Shown: one piece after another, positions 58,381-64,000 of the stretch
Numbering within the stretch: position 1 is the first letter of the stretch
Layout of the letters: every line of letters begins with the position of its first letter
NCBI RefSeq assembly: GCF_009914755.1
Contig: NC_060941.1
Length of the DNA: 64,000 nt
Source of the DNA: the human T2T-CHM13v2.0 reference genome, Homo sapiens
Strand: one strand, 5' to 3'
Notes under the pieces: generated by a model
Databases searched by the model: none
What the model saw: the letters and a program-made list of their open reading frames with translations, nothing else
Told to the model about the DNA's origin: nothing
Made by a program: the position numbers and the translations under genes

Positions 58381-60121
58381 TAAGGCAGCAGTCTAACCGT
58401 GTGAGCAGCAAGAGAATTCACCGAGTTACTTTGGTAACTAGTAATGCTAAAGAAAATAAAGCCCTCAGTTAATTATTTTTGGCTTTTCTGGGAATCACTG
58501 TGTGGCACTCCACCCAAGGACGAGGCGGAGGGACTTGCCAGGATAAGGCAGGCTGCCCAGCCCCTAGGAGACCTCAATGAAGTGACTTCAAGTCGGGGGC
58601 TGGTCCTCAGCTTTGCCAATTCAGACTCTTGGTTATGCCAGTGTCCCGAGTTTATTAGAGGCTGACTCAGGCCAACCGAACTCATGGGAACCTAATCTAG
58701 AAAAGTTAGAATGCTGCCTCAAGTGTTTACATTAAGCAACACGACCCCTCTAACTGTGGAGATGAGCCCAGAGTATTTTCCCCAAAGAGGAAAACCACAG
58801 AAAACACCCAGTGCTCAGAGGCTACTCATTTGCCTAGACACAAGACTAGACAAGGCTCCCATACCCGACACCAGGGCACTGCAAATCCTGACTAGTTTTC
58901 CCACTATGTTCCTTATCAGCAACTTTTTCTACATTCGGCCTAAGAAACATTTCACTCTGAGCTGTCTTTTTTTATTACTTTTTTCTCATGCATAGTGTTC
59001 TGCATTTTGTATTTTCAGTATTCAGCACGGGCTTTGCAGATGCCTAGAATCCGTAGACAATGCAGCAAATGATGCCATGTTTGTTCTTTGGGCCAAAAGA
59101 CTGGCAACTGTTCTAAAGTAGATCTGATTGCCCACAAACTCTTTAAAGATGATGAGCAGTCTTTGTGCTTTGCACACATCTAGATGCCCAATAGCATTGC
59201 TAATTGAAGACAAAATTCATTCAATGTCTGATTTAAAAATAAACAGGTGAAATTATAGCAGAATTTGATCTTTTCAATGATACATTGAGTCAGTGAATTT
59301 CAAAAACCTCCTGATTAAAATTTCAGGTTAAATTGATCAACTCTGTTCTCCATAGAAAGGATTGAATGATGTTTTGGAAATAATTTAGATACCCTCTCAA
59401 AAAAAATTGTCTCATGATTATCAAGTCTTTGCCAGAATTGAGGTTAATGCTTGCCCTTCAGTTTTACAGTACGATAGAGACCTCCTACAATGCTTATTAA
59501 AAAAAATAAAGCAAGACCACTAGGATTCAGCTATTCAACCTTACTTTCTCAGCAGCTCCACAAGTTCAGGAATGTGTCTGTTTCTGTTCATCTCTGTATC
59601 CCCAGCATGGGGCTTCCTACCTGCCATGAAAGAGGGACTCAGTCAATGTTTGTTAAATGAAAGCATGAAGTGTGATGTTTAGTGGGGTAGGAAACTATCA
59701 AAGATACAGAAGTGGAGAAGCAATAAAGCAGACTTTGCCTATTTTATAACTTTGCCTTAGTCATTTTCATAACTTGAAGTCATTTTTATAACTTCCTTAG
59801 CTGCTACATTTTCACTCTATTTAGAGTCACCAAACCTCCTCTCCAGTCTTTCTGAGCCTTCCTATCACTCAACCATCGCCCTTCATCAAGATGCTATCAG
59901 CCCCTTTGAGCTGTCTATCCTTATCAGAAATCAAGTGTGGGCCTAGCCATCTTCACCCCTGGACTTCCACCCCCGTTCCCATCCTCACAGTGACTCACGT
60001 CCACAGCCTGCTTTCTCCATTTCTCCTCCAGCACTAAAGTTAATCATCACATTCTTCCTATTCCCCTGACCTCACCCCATGCCTCTCTCCCCCTCACTCA
60101 CTGCGTACTAGCTACACTGGC

Positions 60122-60439
<318 letters not shown>

Positions 60440-61539
60440 TACACTGGCTCTTATTCAGGTTTCTTGATGCTCTAAGCTCTTTGCCACCTCAGGGCCTTTG
60501 CACATGCATTTGTGTCATTCCAGTTTCCAGTTATTTATTTTGTGTGATTATTTAATTAACATCTAAGTTCCCTTCCAGAATATGAGTGTCAACAGGGGAG
60601 GGGAGGGAAGGAAGCAGGACTGTTTTGCTCACCACTGAAAACTCAGCAGTTCACCTGCTGGTGCTGAGGAGGGCAGAGTACTGTGAGGAGGCCCATTGCA
60701 CCTCTGACAGCTCCTAAGGGGGATTAAAACAAAAACACAAAACCAAAAACACCTCTCCCACAGCTGCGCTCACAATTCAACAGAGGGATTAGATGCCAGA
60801 CTTTCTAGTTCCAAACCCTGATGTGGATGATGAGAGGAAAGCTCCCGGCTCTGTCACAGCCACTCCAGTGTTCCCAAAACCCAAATGTTCTGATGGGAGC
60901 CCCCTATACATTTATTTGATGTCCTTGCTACATGTCTGGCCCTTTGCCAAGTGCTGGAATGGAAACAAAGTGGGGTCACAACCCCAGTGGCTCCACGACA
61001 GCGCTGCTGCTGAGATGGGGAGCAAGTTCATTCAGGGATGAATCTTATAATTATCCTCTTCCAACCTTTGCTGGTTCCTCAGGGTTTAAAAAAGGAGGTC
61101 TCAACTCCTCAGATCAGCATCCAGAGCTCTCCATGATCTGGTCCTAGCCTGGCAGTGCAGCCCCGTGTCCACACTCCCCACTCCATGATCCCAAACATGA
61201 GTGAACACACAACCCTGCCTCTAACATCCTGTGATTTTTCTGATCCCTGACTTGCTCATGCTGTTCCCTGTACCTAGCATCTTCTTCCTCCTTAATATTG
61301 CCCCAAATTTATAGAATCTACTCATGTTTTCATGTCAATGTCAAATGCTACCTCCAAAATACTGTTTGTTTTGTCTGTCAAAATTAATTTACTTTCCCTG
61401 TGTATATTTGTGTAGCATGTACAATCCACTTGATGTTATGCTTACTTACTGATGTTTCTGACTCCATAGACTGAGCAGTCCTTGCATCTGCACACAGACA
61501 TACACACCCCACCATTGCTCTGCACTAATACAAATCATA

Positions 61540-61780
61540 GTTACTATTTATTAAACCCTCACTCTGTGCCATATATCATATATTATGCTAGCTTTACATA
61601 CAGTATTTCATTTATGGCTCCTCATACCACAATGGGATAGGCCATTATCATTTCCGTTGTCTAAATGAAGTGGGGATTCCATTGGAGAGGTTAGGTAGCT
61701 TGACCAGTGCCACACAGACAACAAGAGGAAGAGCTGCGCTTTCAATCCAGTTCTTTCTGGCTTTCAATTCTGTGCTCCTC
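61540..61780 (-). mobile_element. MIR
   Basis: actatttattaaaccctcactctgtgcc...gaggttaggtagcttgacc. Confidence 0.6.
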
Positions 61781-63030
61781 ACCTCTATACTACAAGCACA
61801 AAGTACCAACCATGAAGAAGTAGCTTTTAATGATTATGCCATGTCAGGAACCACTCATTCCATCCATGAACTCCTCCACCTCTTTCACCAGCCCTGAGAG
61901 GCAGGTATTACTGCACCAGCACCTAGTCAACAAATACTAATGGCTTGTTGAATTACTTTGTGTGAGACTGACAACAGCAGACAAAGCCAGTACTGGGACA
62001 GAGGTCCCCTGTTAGGAGGTCCTAAAGTCAACTTTTGTAGGGATGAAAACCTTTAAAAAGGCAGTCAGAATAATGACACTCTCCAGAGAGGAGAGTGAGT
62101 GGTCCACAGAGTGGCCACAGAGCAGGTGGCTGGTCCAAGAGAGTTTAAACAAACCCCGCCCCCACCCCACCGCCCCCCCACCCCCGACTCCCGCCCCGCT
62201 GCCGCCCAAGATTCTAGGACTGGAGTCCTTACAGGCGATGTTTGCTGTTAGCACAAAGTCCAATGGTACCACAAGAGTACTGGCTGAGACAGCTGAAGGT
62301 GCTCACAACTACTTTGTGAGATCCTTTAAAGATCTGCAAGATTATAATAGGGCAATGGAAAAACTTCTGCTCATTCTGGATGGCAGAGCAGGAGACAGTG
62401 AATGGGAAGCTTGTTAGACACGCAAGTGGATGAGAAAGCAAGCAGGTAGTGCCAGCACAGTCTGCTTCCATCAGAAGAGGGGCGGCACTCGGGGCTGAAA
62501 TGGAGTCAGCGAGTTCCACTCTTCAGCTCTGCAGCACACAAAAAAGAAAATTCTTACTGCATTAGTTTGGTGTTTCCGGAAGTGTGTTCCCTGAACTATT
62601 CAATCAATCAATCGTTAATAAAATAATAGTTCCATCAGCAAATATATTTGTGAATTTCTAACACAAAAAAAGTTAAATACCTTTCTTTAACACAAGAATC
62701 CTCCGAGTCTGTAATGTGCCAATTTGTATTTTCCCATGGAATTCTAACCACAGAGTTTTTAAAACTCAGAACATTTTAACATCCCCCAGGACACTCATGG
62801 AACACAGTTTGGGGAACCTGCTTTAGCATAATGCAGCAATTCCAAATTTTAGCATTAACGTGCCCTAAAAATATATTTCAGTCAGAAAAAGAAAAATTTT
62901 TGCCCATATCTAGCTTATTTCAGACATTCTCTAAAGCAATATAGAAATAACTGACTTATCTGTGTATTCAGTATAGAAAACTCCATTGTGATTTGATGAC
63001 AGTTTCCCTATTAAGTATCTTGTCTAGAAA

Positions 63031-63060
63031 TGTGTGTGTGTGTGTGTGGGTGTGTGTGTG
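63031..63060. repeat. (TG)n microsatellite
   Basis: Read directly from the sequence. Confidence 0.9.
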
Positions 63061-63118
63061 CATGAAGGTGATTCATGGAAAAGTAAAGAAAAAAAGAGTA
63101 AGAGAGGTGAAAGAGGTA

Positions 63119-63438
63119 TAGTTGTCCTTTGGTATCCTTGGGGAACTGGTTCCAGGACCCCATAAATATCAAATTCTCAGATGCTCAAATCCCTTATATA
63201 AAAATAACATAGTATTTGCACATAACCCACATATATCCTCCCATATAGTTTAAATCACCTCTAAATTACTTATAATACCTAATACAATGTAAATGCCATG
63301 TAAATAGTTGTTATACTTTATTTTTTTATTTGTATTATGTTTTATTGTTGGATTGTTGTCTTTATTTTTTAAAAATATTTTCTATCCACAGTTGGTGAAT
63401 CCAAGGATGTGGAATCTATAGATATGGAGGGCTGATGG
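63119..63438 (+). mobile_element. MER2, opposite orientation to the copy at 1054
   Basis: ggttccaggacccc...gatgctcaa.tcccttatataaaat...taatacctaatacaatgtaaatgc; TA on both flanks. Confidence 0.88.
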
Positions 63439-63642
63439 TATATGGGGATGTGAGTGAGGAGTGGAAGGGGAGGGCTGATGGTATATGGGGATGTGAGTGA
63501 GGAGTGGAGGGGAGGGCTGATGGTATATGGGGGTGTGAGTGAGGAGTGGAAGGGGAGGGCTGATGGTATGTGGGGGTGTGAGTGAGGAGTGGAAGGGGAG
63601 GGCTGATGGTATGTGGGGGTGTGAGTGAGGAGTGGAAGGGGA
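63426..63642 (+). repeat. G-rich minisatellite, 5 copies of a 42-43 bp unit
   Basis: gctgatgg recurs at 63431, 63474, 63516, 63559 and 63602. Confidence 0.95.
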
Positions 63643-64000
63643 ATGTTAGGAAGTGGAAAAAGAAAACGCTGCCTTTATAGCCAAACTGTCTCTAACCTGC
63701 TGATTTCTTCTAAAACCTTTTAAGTCCATACTTACATTTATAGCTATGTAAACAGAGAAATTGGTAATATTTGCATTGTAGGAGAGGTAACAGAAATGTC
63801 TTCCATCTCAATTTTATAGTAATATAGTTTCTAGACGTGTTTTTTCACTGTTGTTGCAAATCACTTAGAAAAAAGTGGTATTTTACTCAAATTTTCATCA
63901 TCAATATCAATGGTATTATTTTCCTTGATTTCTGCACTGGGAATCTGTACTTTTAGAAACAGCAATGTCAATCTATGAACTGGATGTGGGATCTGAATGG

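Noticed and set aside
62043-62417. 124-aa ATG ORF with a poly-Pro tract
   Set aside because: The Pro run simply reflects the C-rich patch; no homology recognised and no transcript evidence.

Overview
This is human genomic DNA: it is rich in Alu, L1 and MaLR repeats and carries a near-consensus AluYb8, a human-specific subfamily. The window holds the complete TEKT3 (tektin-3) gene on the minus strand. I reconstructed seven coding exons by hand: 47037-47615, 44022-44105, 35107-35177, 30118-30261, 28290-28512, 24695-24849 and 19964-20180. All have GT-AG boundaries and sum to 1473 nt (490 aa plus stop), including the tektin signature RPNIELCRD. There is a CpG-island promoter and first exon near 57.1-58.0 kb, a probable 5'UTR micro-exon near 56.06 kb, and an ATTAAA poly(A) signal at 19866. 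From established knowledge, TEKT3 lies at 17p12 upstream of PMP22, within the CMT1A/HNPP interval. The rest is intronic or intergenic repeat mosaic, and almost all other ORFs in the track are spurious. I found no evidence for a new multi-gene system. The most interesting signals are structural: a 597-bp direct duplication bracketing the frame-shifting exon 5, two smaller local duplications, a template-switch perfect hairpin inside an AluY, an old U6-L1 chimeric retrocopy, a minisatellite seeded from a MER2 terminus, an L1-derived 5'UTR exon, and an inverted pair of RFX-like boxes in the promoter. Repeat subfamily names come from recalled consensus sequences, and repeat boundaries are approximate.
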